Source: Octopus sinensis (taxonomy: Eukaryota). From it: DNA of 64,000 nt. Each line of letters opens with the position of its first letter. The stretch's first letter is position 1. The translations under genes were made by a program, and so were the position numbers. The DNA is taken from positions 248,001 through 312,000 of the forward strand of contig NW_021835996.1 of the NCBI RefSeq assembly GCF_006345805.1. Direction: 5' to 3'. Below are positions 37,518 to 50,110 of the stretch, piece by piece. The notes under the pieces were generated by a model. It was given only the letters and a program-made list of their open reading frames with translations, was not told the origin of the DNA and did not search any database.

Positions 37518-39422
37518 TTACCGTCTTACCTGCCACCCAGACATTATCTTTTCTAAGACCTCAGGGAGGCCTTTGAGGGACAATTCCTGGGTGTCCGTAA
37601 GCTCCACTCGCCATCCTAAGCCATGGGCTTGCCGGATGGCTCGTCTTCTGACTTTCTTGAGCGCGTCAACGTACTTCTCTCGGTCCTCACAGAAGTGCCA
37701 GGCATGTACACCATAGGTCAACACGGGTAACACCATGGCGTTAAACACACGTAGCCAAGCACCTCTCCGCAGCCGGAAAGCACGCAACGCGCCTAATCGC
37801 TGCATTGCACGCATTTTCGTACGTGCAATGTGATCATCAAACTTACCGGACGGCTTAAAGAGCACGCCCAAATAAGTCATCCGATCAACTGCAGCAATTG
37901 CTGACCCGTTCAGCAATAACCTAGGAGCGTAATTAGTGTAACCCCTCGTCCTTTTACAGACTTTGAGAACACTGCACTTATCCGCACGCATCTTTAGACC
38001 CCTACTCCCACACCAGTTTACAAGTCCATCCACAACAACCTGTAGCCTACGACACGCACACTCAGGTTTCATCGAGTGATCCCAGAGGATGATGTCGTCT
38101 GCATAAATTAGCATTTCAGTACGAACATTGACTGGCATGGGCGCAGATGCCATAAAGACATTAAAAAGCGTGGGACTCAGCACAGAGCCCTGAGGGACCC
38201 CGCGAAGGACTGTTCTGACTTTAGAAAAGACCCCCTGATGCCGCACGACCTGTCCGCGAGATTCAAGGAACCCCGACAGCCAGCGCCTTAGACACGGAGA
38301 AACCCCACACGTGGCGAGGGAGCTCCGGAGGCCGTCGTGCCACACCGAGTCGAAGGCCTTTTCAATGTCAAGACTAACTAGCATACCGCATTCCTTCTTC
38401 TGGAGGGCGCACTTCATCTCAGAAGACACCTTCCATAAGCAGTCTCCACACGAACGACCCTCCCTGAAGCCCCATTGGAACTCAGGGAGGGCATCAACCA
38501 CCGTAAGCTCCTCCAGGAGCCTTCGGTGCATGATCCTTTCTAAAATTTTAGATACAGCGGGAAGCAAGGAAATAGGTCTGTATCCCCCGGGGACATCATG
38601 AGGCATCCTGGGTTTTCCGATAAGGATTACCTCAGCAACTTTCCATCTAGAGGGAATCATCCCAAGTCGCAAGCTCCCGCTAAACAAGACCTGTAGGGCG
38701 GTGATCAACAACGGCGGGGCCTTCTTAAAGAGGGCCATAGGGATCCGATCGAGACCCGCCGCAGTGTTCTTACTTCGGGAGATCGCTGCCCGAATCTCCG
38801 CTTCGGAAATATCGCCTGCATCGTTCCTTGATATGCCCAGCTGGCAGCACTTGTCCCACGACAACATCTGCTGGACAGTATCAAAGGACGATGTCTCCAC
38901 GAACTGGCTTCCGTCAGTTCCAGAGATGTTATCGAGGTGGGTCGAAAATATTTCAGCCACCTCAACCGGGTCCGAAACGAGGGTTCCATCAGAGCGTTTA
39001 AGGCGCACTGAATTTGCTACCCCTCTCCCCGACAGGCTCTTCAACTGTTTCCAGAAGTCCGGGAAGCGGGCGTCTACGCGTCTGCAGGCTCGCTCCCACC
39101 GTGAACTTTCAAGTTCGCGGATTTCTCTTCTGATCTCCCTCTGAAGCCGGCTAATCCAGCCACGAAACCAAACACGATTTTCCTCGTAAACGCATTTGAT
39201 AGATTGAATCCTTTCATGTTCAAAAGGACATATAACAATTTTATGTGTTCCTGATTTGGAATAAGAGAATAATTGATCGTCTGCAAAATGAAGAGTTTTA
39301 CACTTTCTTCGAATTGTTGGCTTTTTGGTTTCTGTCATTGCAGGTTCATATTTTTTAGACAAAAGATATAGTAAAATAGAATCATATTCTCCTTTGCTAT
39401 TGATGTGTATCGAGCGCACCAT
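37518..39422 (-). CDS. Chimeric 634-aa ORF: Ginger-like N-terminus fused to an intact LINE reverse transcriptase
   Basis: Uninterrupted frame. AT-rich first ~75 aa, then GC-rich RT with YRPISLL, QWGFR, LDIEKAFD, GVPQGSVLSP, YADD and YLGV. Confidence 0.75.
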   Translation of the reverse strand: MVRSIHINSKGEYDSILLYLLSKKYEPAMTETKKPTIRRKCKTLHFADDQLFSYSKSGTHKIVICPFEHERIQSIKCVYEENRVWFRGWISRLQREIRREIRELESSRWERACRRVDARFPDFWKQLKSLSGRGVANSVRLKRSDGTLVSDPVEVAEIFSTHLDNISGTDGSQFVETSSFDTVQQMLSWDKCCQLGISRNDAGDISEAEIRAAISRSKNTAAGLDRIPMALFKKAPPLLITALQVLFSGSLRLGMIPSRWKVAEVILIGKPRMPHDVPGGYRPISLLPAVSKILERIMHRRLLEELTVVDALPEFQWGFREGRSCGDCLWKVSSEMKCALQKKECGMLVSLDIEKAFDSVWHDGLRSSLATCGVSPCLRRWLSGFLESRGQVVRHQGVFSKVRTVLRGVPQGSVLSPTLFNVFMASAPMPVNVRTEMLIYADDIILWDHSMKPECACRRLQVVVDGLVNWCGSRGLKMRADKCSVLKVCKRTRGYTNYAPRLLLNGSAIAAVDRMTYLGVLFKPSGKFDDHIARTKMRAMQRLGALRAFRLRRGAWLRVFNAMVLPVLTYGVHAWHFCEDREKYVDALKKVRRRAIRQAHGLGWRVELTDTQELSLKGLPEVLEKIMSGWQVRR

Positions 39423-39748
39423 GAACAGTTTAAAAAACGTGAAACTGTTAAATAAAAATTTAAACTTTTTAATATAAAAATCCGGAAAAAATATAGACAT
39501 TTTATCCCCAATTCGACCCATTTCCTATCTAATTCAACAAAAATAAAATTTCAATTTTTTTGCCTACCAGAAAAACATGCTGGTACATTTTACCAATAAT
39601 TTCATCCGTATCCCCGTATAGGACGTAATTAACCAAAATTAGGCGACACAAATAAAATTTATTCCCAAAATCATAATGATTTGGAGTGATAAATCCGATT
39701 TATCACTCCGGACGCTTAGAACTGGCCCGGACGCTATAACTTACGACA
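39199..39748 (-). mobile_element. 5' end of a Ginger-like DNA transposon
   Basis: The minus strand starts TGTCGTAAG (Ginger TIRs begin TGT). N-terminal peptide 'YDSILLYL...KKPTIRRKCKTLHFADDQLF' resembles the region upstream of the integrase Zn domain. Confidence 0.5.
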
Positions 39749-40054
39749 ATTAATGAATATCCATTCGTTCAAATAGGCTGTTATGGAAATTTTGGATTGC
39801 CCCAATATGCTTAACGAAATGGTCAACCGTTGAAGAGAAACGTATTTCCTCAAATCATGACGTAATTATCCTATAAAAGTGAATTTATAATTCTAATTTT
39901 TATGTAAATAAAAGCTCGACTCAGTTTTTTTGAAATAAAATATTTATGAAAACTGGACTTGTCTACGCAAATTAACCCCGAGGTTAATTTATAGCTGTTT
40001 TATTTAATTGCCGATCAGTTTTTACTAAAAATCAAACATCGTTTACTAAAAATC

Positions 40055-40410
40055 GAGAGGCAGGATTGCCAAGAAATCTGACAAATTTGATTCCTTTTAC
40101 TAGGTGCTAGCCAAGACACGGATTGCTACAATGATTTCTGGATAAAGGGGAAATGAGAATGATACAAGTACAGCTTTTTATGTTGGATCGTTTTTTTCAA
40201 GGCGGTTTGGACGAATGTCGGCACATCCTAAGGAGATTCTCTCTGCCGTTTGTCATCTACTTGGAAGCCACTTTAAAGATTTGAAAATTTTCTACGATGA
40301 CGATTTTGACTTAACTTTTGATAACAAAGATGCTTTAATCAATTTTTAAACAATTTTTCGAAAGCACTTAATAAATGGTTCTTCATAATCAACATTTTTA
40401 AAACCGAATT
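40055..40410 (+). mobile_element. Highly degraded RTE-like fragments
   Basis: Patchy similarity to 29165-29230 and 34680-34950 ('GCAGGATTGCCAAGAA', 'GTCATCTACTTGGAAGCC'). Confidence 0.55.
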
Positions 40411-40439
40411 CACTCTGAAAAAACGCAAAGTGGACAACG

Positions 40440-41080
40440 CAATTTGTTTATGTATTCCAAGCAATACTTATCGAAGTATAAGAACGAACAGCTGGTTTTG
40501 CAGTAGGCGATCCTTAAACTAATTTTAGCAAGTCATTTACCGTTAGCGAAAATTTTAATGCTTATGTGGGCATTAAATTACCAGGGAAATCTCATCTCGT
40601 ACAAACTAGAAATTTCGCAAAATACGATTACAGATTGGACGAACTTTTGCAGAGAACTTATTACGGTGTCTCTTGCAAATGCTCCTATCAAACTTGGAGG
40701 ACTCGTGGTTAATGAAGATACATTACGTAATTTATTTAATTTTAATTTTTAGAAGAGTCAATAGTGGAAATCGACGAGTACCATCGAGGTCATTGGCGAC
40801 CAGGCCATTGGGTATTGGGTGGAATAGACAGGGAAACTAGAAAGTGCTTTTTTGAAGAAGTTGCAGGTTTTTTTTCCATTTATCCTTTAGACAGAACAGC
40901 GGAAACACTTAATGAAGTTATCGTTCGACGCGTACTTCCCGGCACCCATATCATTACTGATGGTTGGGCAGCCTATAATGGGATTGCGCACATTGGAGGA
41001 GGGATTTATTCACATTCTGTGATAAATGTTGACCCTTTGGACCGCTCCATCCATATTCAAAATATTCAGAATATAGGCTT
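40440..41080 (+). mobile_element. Degenerate Merlin (IS1595/ISXO2-like) transposase with mini-introns
   Basis: 'DWTNFCRE...IVEIDE...WVLGGIDRETRKCF...DRTAETL...IITDGWAAY'. Introns 40727-40752 (26 nt) and 40867-40890 (24 nt) restore the frame. Confidence 0.78.
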
Positions 41081-41210
41081 TATTTCAAATCTATTCTGAT
41101 AGTACTTGTAAAAGTTGGTTACAATACCATCCCAAGATAGCATCAAAGAAAAGAAAACTTATTTTTTATCTCTAAAATTTTTTTTAATTAAAAAAGTTTT
41201 CATGATAGTT

Positions 41211-41227
41211 TGAATGAATGAATGAAT
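41211..41227. repeat. (GAAT)n microsatellite, probable L2/CR1-type LINE tail on the minus strand
   Basis: TGAATGAATGAATGAAT next to minus-strand AATAAA. Confidence 0.45.
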
Positions 41228-41779
41228 ATGGTTTATTTAATACAATAGGTCCAAAAGAAAAGTGGCCGAGGAATTAGAGCTTAGGGGGCTTGATAACGAG
41301 AGCCACGAAGGTCTCAACTTTCATTATAGTTTTAAAAACGTTAAAGTTTTAAATTCTTTACTTTCACAACAACTAAGGATCGCGCTGTAAACCGGGTTTA
41401 ATTAAATTTTTAATATTAATCTTGACTATATCCAAGCTATTTACGCTTTAGATTAAAACTTTTACAAGCTTAGAGAGTTGCCGTCTCCGTTTGAAATAAT
41501 TTTCAAGAAAGAATTCAAATATAATTTCGAAAAAGCAAGTATTTGTAAAATTAAGTCGATTATGTTTTCAACCTACAATTACTTTTGTGAAATAATTGTT
41601 ATAATCAGTTTTAGTGTGAAATAGTGATTCGTGTGGACAAATCGAAAATATTCCGGAATAAGTCCACTAATCAAATCATGTCAGTAAGCGTTTTTTCAAA
41701 CTTCTTTCCAAACAATTTTCATAATGGCATTATTTTTTTCGGAATAAAAAATTATATTAACAAATAGTAAATACTTGTT

Positions 41780-42070
41780 TAGCCAGAATCGCCCCAATTT
41801 TTAAAAAAAATTCCGCAGTTTTGGATCCCACTATGTCCGACGTCTCTATCGAGATTGAAACAAAACGGAAAAGTTTTCTAATCTCCGAATATTTAGATAT
41901 CTTGACCTTTTCTGCTGCCTCAGCACCCCAACCGGGAGAATTAATATTCCGGAGAATCACGTAATTGGAAACGTGTCTACACACGTCGCATCTTGTGCGA
42001 GTGATTTTCCCATAAATACGGGAAAAGAGTTGTTCCATCGGGCCTTATGCCATCTCCTCGGTCCAGCCCA
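41780..42070 (-). mobile_element. CRE-type RLE fragment
   Basis: 'GAEAAEKVKISKY...FVSISIETS...GSKTAEF'. Confidence 0.65.
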
Positions 42071-42124
42071 ATGTGTTCCATTATATAAGACATAATTTTT
42101 ATTTAATTCAAAAAGTAAATTTTT

Positions 42125-42810
42125 GCCTGTCAACCGCATTCGGGCGATTGGCTGAATGCGTTACCGATCTCGTCAGCGGAGATGTTCCTAAACGACGAAT
42201 CGGTCCGCATCGGAATCTGTTTACGGCTTGGCATAGAGATTTGCCAGCCGCACCATTGCAGATGTGGACAACTCATTGACAGGAGAGGTTTACACCCTCT
42301 CTCTTGTCGCCTCAGTGCCAACAGGATTCCCAGGCACGCCTCATTGAACGACGTTGTGAAGCGCGCGCTTAACGCCGCTGGATTCCCCTCGATGTTAGAA
42401 CCGATAGGACTAGACCGTGGAGATGGAAAACGCCCTAACGGGTCGACTTTATTCCCGTTTAGGGAGGGAATGGGACTCGTGTGGGATGTTACCTGCGTAG
42501 ACTAATTTTCCTCATCATCGTTGGTTGACTCCGCTTCTCGTCCTGGATCTGTATCTGCCCTTGCCGAATCTAGGAAAACTGCAAAATATGGCTCTTTGAC
42601 CGATACCTGCTGCTTCATTTCTTTGGCTTTCGAGACCAGTGAGATAATTAGACCCAAAGCCCTCAAATTCCTCTTAGAGATTGGTTTAATCATCTCGAGG
42701 AGGAGTCACGATAGTCGTGAACGAGCTGGCTTTTTCAGTGGATATCGTTCGCGATATTACGTGGAAATTGCCTGTCCATCCGTTCGGCGACTCATCTAAT
42801 TTAGTTAACT
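42125..42810 (+). mobile_element. CRE-type 3' fragment (Zn knuckle plus RLE)
   Basis: 'RLGIEICQPHHCRCG...HPLSC...RHASLND...LEPIGLDRGDGKRP...WDVTCVD'. Confidence 0.82.
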
Positions 42811-42871
42811 TCTCTATTTCCAATTGATGGTTATTCTCTCTAAAAAATAAATTTTATCAATCTTAGGTGGC

Positions 42872-43780
42872 ATGACCAACGACGAATACATTTTTTACAA
42901 TAAAAGACCAGAGTGGGATGACATAGAACCCATCCCACTACCCAAAGACACTGACTTTCTTCAAATAGACTTCACTCCTGAATGTTTTATTACCTAAATG
43001 TACCCCAGTTCGTGATCTAATGGGCTATTTCCGAGCCATCTCACTCAAGGGCGAAATGAGCTCGAGAGCCTTAGAACTCACAGGGGATCTCCTCTGCCTG
43101 AATATCGCCAATTACACAGCCTGGTACAACCAGATTATAAAATCCACAGGAATTATCGTAGAAGAGTATTAATTGCAGTAAAATCAGATCTGCTTGTAGA
43201 AAGAGATTTTGTAACTTCTATTATACTCCCAGGAAATACCAAAAACTACCAAAGCTGGTACCACATGGCTTGTCCAACAGGACGATTCAATATTTTGGCG
43301 GGAACTTCAATTTTGCGAAATTGTATTTTCAGAAGATTCGAGAAATCTACATGCGTGGCAATACCGGTTTTGTGCTTTTATGAATTTGATAGTTTGTGGC
43401 TGCTTAAACGAAATGATTTAATGTCCACGGATAACATCAAAGAAGTCCAATTCACCAACAAATTGATCGAATCTGACCCACGCAATAATTCCACTTGGAA
43501 TCACAGATTTCAACTATTTTTTCCCGTAAAAATTATTCAATTTCCCGCCAAAACTGAGTCGGAAATTGAGTTGAATTATTATTTTGTAATACTTTTAGTT
43601 TTTGTCTAAAATATATTGGGACTATTCCTGACAATGAAAGTCCGTGGAATTATTTAACCTAGTTGTTTTTTTGATTTATGTTTTTAGAATTGTAAAACTG
43701 ATTGGAGGATACTTGGAGATAGTGAAGACATTTCTCGTAGAAAGATGCTACCGCGGCTCTAAGCAGAATACGTAAAAAAT
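42872..43780 (+). pseudogene. FNTA: Protein farnesyl/geranylgeranyltransferase alpha subunit, with an internal frameshift and probable 3' truncation
   Basis: MTNDEYIFYNKRPEWDDIEPIP...MGYFRA...RALELT...NYTAW; KNYQSWYH; DSRNLHAWQYR; DPRNNSTWNHR; PDNESPWNYL. Frame break near 43265. Confidence 0.8.
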
Positions 43781-43789
43781 GGCTTCAAG

Positions 43790-44660
43790 CTTGGCCGATA
43801 AATGGGGCTCTCAGATCAAGGCTTTGTAATGCATTCGTAAGGCCTATTCTACTATACAACTCGTCAACATGGGGGATCTCGGACACTGAACTGAAGACTA
43901 TAGACTTTTTTCACCGTAAACAACTACGTCTCTTACACGGAATACACTGGCCATCAAAATTTAACAATCTATCTCTCTCTGTAAACATTCTCAAACTTCA
44001 TGGCAAAAGTATCAAAAACTGGGACGACCTAGAATCTTTGCGGGATCTCGCCCGCAACAGAGGGGCACGGATGGTCCAGAAGATTGTTTCGCTTGTGACA
44101 CGTGTGGGATTATAACTTTGTTAATGTTCCTACGGAATGTGTTATAATAATAAAAAGGGAATAGGTCAAATGAGGGACTGATACTACACGGAGGCAAGTC
44201 AGGTGGTGTTAGTCAAGGTTTACCGAAAGCTTAGACACACGAGCTCGGCATGCCATAGAGTCCCAGGCACGTTAAGAGAAGAAATCTTGGGCCTCTCAGA
44301 AAAGGAGCACTCCCAGGTACCGAGTACATCCGACAGAGCACCTTACAGGCAAGATCTGAAAGATTTGTGTAGGATTCGGAGGCCAGGTTGTTGCACATCC
44401 ACAGACAGGATAAATATGCCAAGAGTGCCAAGTCAGATGCAGTACGAATCTCAGTATTGGGCTCATCCCGAAGCATTGAGGGGACGTTGAAAACAGATTC
44501 AGAAACTTTTTACAGAATAACTTTGTAAGGAATAAATCTATCGCGAGCGAAATGCGCTGAAAAAGCCATTTAGACTCACGTCTTTCGTGACTTTTCCTAA
44601 TAATAGATTAGTACAAAGTTTATGTGCAATTTCGCATTGTTATTCACACATTCCAGGTTG
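43790..44660 (+). mobile_element. Adjacent RTE-like and jockey-like LINE 3' fragments
   Basis: 'FHRKQLRLLHGIHWP...GRDPAK' followed by 'YESQYW...LKTDSETFYR' post-RT-like text with stops. Confidence 0.5.
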
Positions 44661-45620
44661 TTCTTAGATAGTAATTTGTAGAAAAAATATTAAAATTTGA
44701 GAGGAAACAGTTTGAGAGGAATCATCCGGGGAAACAGTTTGGCAATCCGCCAGGCTACATATCCTATTGAGAAATTAATTATCAATATTACAAATTTGAG
44801 AGTAACACATGCACAATAGACTACACATATTCGACTTTTAGTGTTATATAATTTGTGAAAGATGAAATAGAGGTTAAAAAATATTTGGAGAAGAGAATTT
44901 CGGAAAGCGATCTAACGAAAATTATTAATATGGAATACAAAAATATCTTTCCTGAAGATTATTCATTTCTTCAATAAGTTTTGTCTTCTATTGTCTCGTA
45001 TAAAAGTTTAAACTAAGAACTTTACAAGTTTAAGTTGAGAAAAAATAAGTTAATTTTTTTAATTTTAAAGTTAAAAATTTTGGTTTATAGGTTAATAAAG
45101 TTAACTTTTTAAGGTTATTTTTTTTCAATTTTAAGGTTAAAAAATGTTCGCCCTAATCATTAAGTAAATTTACGTAGAGAATTTTATTGGCATATATCCC
45201 AGATATGTGAAAAAAACACAGCTAGTCGTGACAAGGATTAAGAACGACAATAAACGTATAAAAATAAAAAAAAGTTTCAATATTTTTTAATCGACCGAGA
45301 ATAATAAAGGTCAGAAAGAACTAGAAAAATCATTGCAAGAGAAAAAATTATAAAAATAAATAATTCGCAAATGAATTCTCTCAGCGACAACAACAATGAT
45401 ATTGTAACATGGAATAAAACAGTTAACGATTCACCAATGTTGTGCCAATAAATAATAACAAAGCTAATAACGACAGCCGTTTTAAACATGTCCTAGCAAC
45501 AAAATAAACCATGTTGGTTAAACTGTCTCACTAACTGAAAATTAAATTAGGAAGCATATTTCCCAAAAGGGGGAGAAAGGTGTTGATCGAACCGTCAAAA
45601 AACAAAAAATGAAAATTAAG

Positions 45621-46279
45621 TTAATTTTTCCTCTTCTTAGGGATTACGTGGCCGTCGAACTAGAGGAAATGATCAAAAAATACACCTTCTGTTTAAACCA
45701 TTTCATAGCGTCTTCCTTAGACACACGGTGACTAGCACCAACTCTGGCACAACCACGCCTCCTCCTCTTCACTCGATACCCTTAATAATGACTACTCGAT
45801 CACCACCTTTCCTCTCCAATACTACACAAAAATCCATTCCGTAGATGCCAATGTTGGGATCATATTTAACCCCCAAATCAATATGCTCTTCGATTCCAAA
45901 TCCGAAACTTCCGTCTTGGGAAAAACACTTTTTGTATAATTCGTATTCCTTGACTTTGAGACCAGATTCGAGGATCTGTTCTGCTTTCGGGCCACGAACT
46001 GTGGTAGAACAGGCAATCGTCTCATTTCTTCGAATACCGAACTTACGGATTGTTATTTTGGCTGTTTTGAATAATGGGAATATGAAACAGACCTTTTGAA
46101 AAGCGAGGTCTTTGGCCAGTCAGTTGTTCCATTACTTTTGCTGCTCTTGTCAATCTATCTCCAGACTGACCAACAGAAATATTGAGACAGAGCTTGGCAA
46201 TCTTGACTTCTCTCATTGGATTTTCTTCCTTCTATAATAGATGAATAAATCAATGTCTTATAACAACCACAAGAGCCAT
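45621..46279 (-). CDS. RPL11: 60S ribosomal protein L11 (uL5), 5 exons
   Basis: MALV|[33 protein letters not shown]...[26 protein letters not shown]...KWFKQK|FDG. Introns 46267-46232, 46092-46062, 45806-45781, 45685-45660. Confidence 0.96.
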
Positions 46280-46545
46280 TATCAAAAACGTGATATATAA
46301 TGCACGCTTTGTATTTGTTTATTTAATATAAATTTTAATAAATTATAAGCAAAATTATTTCTTTGTCGATATAAAATTAAATTCAGATTATTTCTTAAGA
46401 AGACGTATTTCTGTAAAACTCCTTTGTCGATTGTTGCCGGGCTTGATATCTTGTGACACTATTAGGGTTTAATTAAAAATTAATTGATTTTTAATTATAA
46501 TCAATATTTTTAAAAATGAATTAATTTTTATTAAAACGTGCTTTA
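46280..46545. promoter_or_regulatory. Putative bidirectional promoter between RPL11 and RPS4
   Basis: 266 bp separate the two divergent ATGs. CTTTGTCGAT occurs twice (46361, 46422). Confidence 0.55.
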
Positions 46546-47516
46546 ATGGTGCTTGCTGTTGTTGAGACCTATATAGGGTGTAAGAGGTATTAAAAGACAT
46601 CTGAAACGAGTGAATGCTCCAAAGAAATGGATGCTGAGCAAGATGGGCGGTGTCTTCGTATGACTGAATGTCTACTAATGTATAAATAGGCACCAAAGCC
46701 CACATCAGGTCCCCACAAGCAACGTGAATGTATCCCAATGGCCCTGATCCTTCGAGAATATTTCAAATTCGCTTTAAATTACCAAGAAACCAAAAAAATC
46801 GCCAAACGTCGAGTAGTAAAAATCGACAGCAAAATTCGAACAGACCACCGATACCCGATTGGTCTGATGGGTGGGTATTCTTTAGTTTATTCTTAGATGT
46901 GATCTCATTGGGAAAACTAAACAAGCACTACAGAATGCTATATGACGCCAAAGGACGATTTAAACCCACTCCCATTGGGGAAACTGAGGCCGAGGTTAAA
47001 TGTTGGACTGTAATTGGCAGGTCAAATTGTGTAAAGTTCGAAGAACCATAATCGGTCCTCAGAAAATTCCTTATCTATACACCTATGATGGAAGGACTAT
47101 CCGATTCCCCAACCCTGCAGTGAAGGCTAATGACACGATAATGCTCCATTTGGCCACAGGGGAGATCAAGGATTTTGTTAGTATGGACAAAGGTGTGTTT
47201 GTGTTGTTATTTGTGAGGGAATTTGTGTGTTATCACTGGTGGGCGTAATTTGGGGAGAGTTGGGGTGGTCAACAAGATTGAGAAGCATCCTGGTGTGTAT
47301 GATATTGTCTATGTCGAGGATTCCTCACACAACAAGTTCTGTACTCGGTGAGGGTTGTTTGTTTATGTTAGAATGCAAAATGTATTTATAATCGGGAGAG
47401 GAAATGTGCCGTGGATTACATTGAGTGCCGATAGTGGTGTCAGACTCACTACAATGGCCGATCGGGAGAGGAGACTCAAAATGTCGGCAAAAGCTAAGGG
47501 ACTCGAATTGGCTTAA
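46546..47516 (+). CDS. RPS4: 40S ribosomal protein S4 (eS4), multi-exon
   Basis: M|[27 protein letters not shown]|[16 protein letters not shown]...[10 protein letters not shown]...GGRNLGRVG...; stop 47514-16; mini-introns. Confidence 0.96.
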
Positions 47517-48659
47517 TCTTTAATTCTCTTATTAATGTTTTGTTTTACTCTTTTTTGGACATTCTAATTATTTTAATTCCTCAGGTTCTTTATCGATGAA
47601 ATCGGCCCTCAGAAATATTCACAAGCTGTGGTCTCAACGGATTGAGTGAATGTAATTTTGTCAGAGAATCAGTTTTACCAAATCGGGGACGAAGATGAAA
47701 CGTAGAGTCAACTTAGGACAATTTTAGTACTCTTAGATGAGCAGGTATGCCAGAATAATTCATAAACCAAATGAAATTTAGCATCGGTTTTTCCAGAACA
47801 TCTGCTTATAAAATGCAAGCTGATAGTTGGATTCAGCAATTCTGAAGAACATTACCCTATTTATTTTACGACTAAGTTACAATGTTTGAATTATTACATT
47901 CTAATAAGTTAATTGAATAATTTCACTGAACCAAGGCATCACTTTTGACTATGGGCAAGGAGACTTGTTCTGCTGAATACCAGTGCTCAGATTGGGTGCT
48001 GCTGATTTTCTTTATAAGTGACATGATCTGTGGACCAGATTCTGAGTAGAATGTTCATGTATTTCTGACGTTTTGACTACCTTAGTATCATATCATTTTT
48101 GCATGTAATTATTAACAGATATGGTTTGTATCAGACTATACAAATGCACGCAGAATGATTTTCATTACAAAAAACCGTTCAGAATTTATCTAAATTACTA
48201 ATCAAAATTTACTCTTGAGAATGTTTTCAGAAAACCCGACTTGATTTATTAAACAATTTATTTTCAGCCCTTTTTTAAATGTTTTTTGAATTGTTTGCAC
48301 TGATAATGACAGATTTTCATTTTTTAATATCAATCTTAAAATATCTTTAGAGTTCGATATTGGATAAAATTCGATTAAAATTGTCAAAACATAAATAATA
48401 ATTTTTAAATGGCACCCAGAATCTTTTTTATGAAAATATAAATTTTCGATTTTTCTAGATCAATAAATAATATCAGGAAATGTAAGATTTTTAATGTTTG
48501 CCTGAAGAGATGTTTGAATCGAGTTCACTTTAATAAGTGATGTAGATAAATTATAGGGTGATTTTTGATAGAAATAACTTAATGTATGGTTCTGGAGCCA
48601 ATGACTATACCTGAACAAATTGTTTTAAATAATGTAAGTATTAAATAAAAATTTTAATA

Positions 48660-49962
48660 ATTCTTGTTGTTACGTGGATGCTTGTTTCTACTGGGTTTAA
48701 TGAAACATTTCCAATGGACCTATCTACAAAGGATAATGAAAGAGAACCCAATAATAACGTAGATCGTGTGGTTTGTAGGCAGTTTGGAACTCAAGAATCT
48801 GATATTCCCTCTCCAAATTCGGTGTTGCAACCGGATTGTCCTGCTAATCTGTTAACTCTACGGGCTATCATCGTCTCCTAAGAATAACAACTGGAAAGGA
48901 ATTATGGAAGCAAAACTAATTAAACTTAAAGAACAATACGAACAGACGAACAGACTAATACACTTATTGATCAAAAAGGAAGCTTGAAGTTTGATAATGC
49001 AACGAGGGATACGCTGAGTGAATATGGATATCGAAAGGCAAAGAAAGGAGAACTTGGAAGAATTTCTGCTTGCATTGGAGACGAAATAAAGATTGTTGAG
49101 AAGAAACTTCGACTCCGTGATACAAGAAAAGAATTTCGGAAACAGAATTGGTTTTTTGAACTGAATCGGCATTGTTTCTATCCCACTTTAAATGATGAAA
49201 GAAAGAGTGCAGAGTTTATGTTTAATAACAGTGAATGTCTATCATATTGGAAAAAATATGGAGTAGAAATGAGAGGAGCGATAATGTCTTACAGATTAAC
49301 AAGATAGTGACATGGGCAGAGCATACATTTGCAGAGTTTAGTAAAGAAAGCATCCTTGAAATAATTAAACAACTCCAAAACTGGAGAGCTAGCGGTTGTA
49401 ATGGGATGTATAATTTTTTTCTAAAAAAATTACCTCAATCCATGATCACTTGTGTGAAGAACTAGTTAAGATAATCCATGGTGAATACACACCGGATAAG
49501 TGGTTCTACACTGGAATCACATATCTCATCCCAAAGAAAGCAAAAATTTGAGACCAATTACTTGTATGTCTAACTTATATAAACTTGCAACGAAATGTGT
49601 TAACAGGAAGTTGGGAGATTACATTGAGGCATATAATCTGATTGCCAAATTTCAGACCAAATCAACCTGTTCAAAATTTCACAGTTGTTGAAATATTTTT
49701 AGACTTAAATTGTTCACTGCTTTTCCTATAAACTATTTTTCTTGTTTTGTTTGGAATCACGTGAAAAACGCATTCATCCGATAATCAATTGGGAACTCGG
49801 CGAATGTGTCAAGGGGCAAAGGAACAAGCAATTCTTAACCGATGCATTCACAATTTTTATAATAGATAATCGTTTTCATCATCCAGTAGATCACAACTTT
49901 CTGTTCCAGGTGCTTGAAAACTCCGACTCCCTAGCTGTATTGTGAATTTTGTGAAGAACCTT
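48660..49962 (+). mobile_element. R4-like retrotransposon 5' half, truncated next to the Merlin locus
   Basis: 'NWFFELNRHCFY', 'NWRASGCNGMYNFFLKK' and 'LRPITCMSNLYKL', homologous to 6020-7650. Confidence 0.78.
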
Positions 49963-50110
49963 GGGTACTTTTGTCGAAGTGGTCGCAGTTTTTTTAGAAG
50001 ATAATTAAAATTAATTAATTTTTTTAGTGAAAAATAGATTATTTAATTTATAACCCTCTATCAATAATTTAAATGGTTATTAAAATTATTTAAAAATTTA
50101 TTTAACCAAT

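Noticed and set aside
45277-45489. Hydrophobic 70-aa ORF downstream of RPL11
   Set aside because: T-rich composition can give hydrophobic ORFs by chance. No family motif or consistent upstream exon could be built.
47580-48200. Possible C/D snoRNA cluster downstream of RPS4 (many CTGA and near-C-box words)
   Set aside because: No canonical RTGATGA/CTGA pair with a terminal stem or recognisable rRNA antisense element. It could equally be decayed coding sequence on the minus strand.
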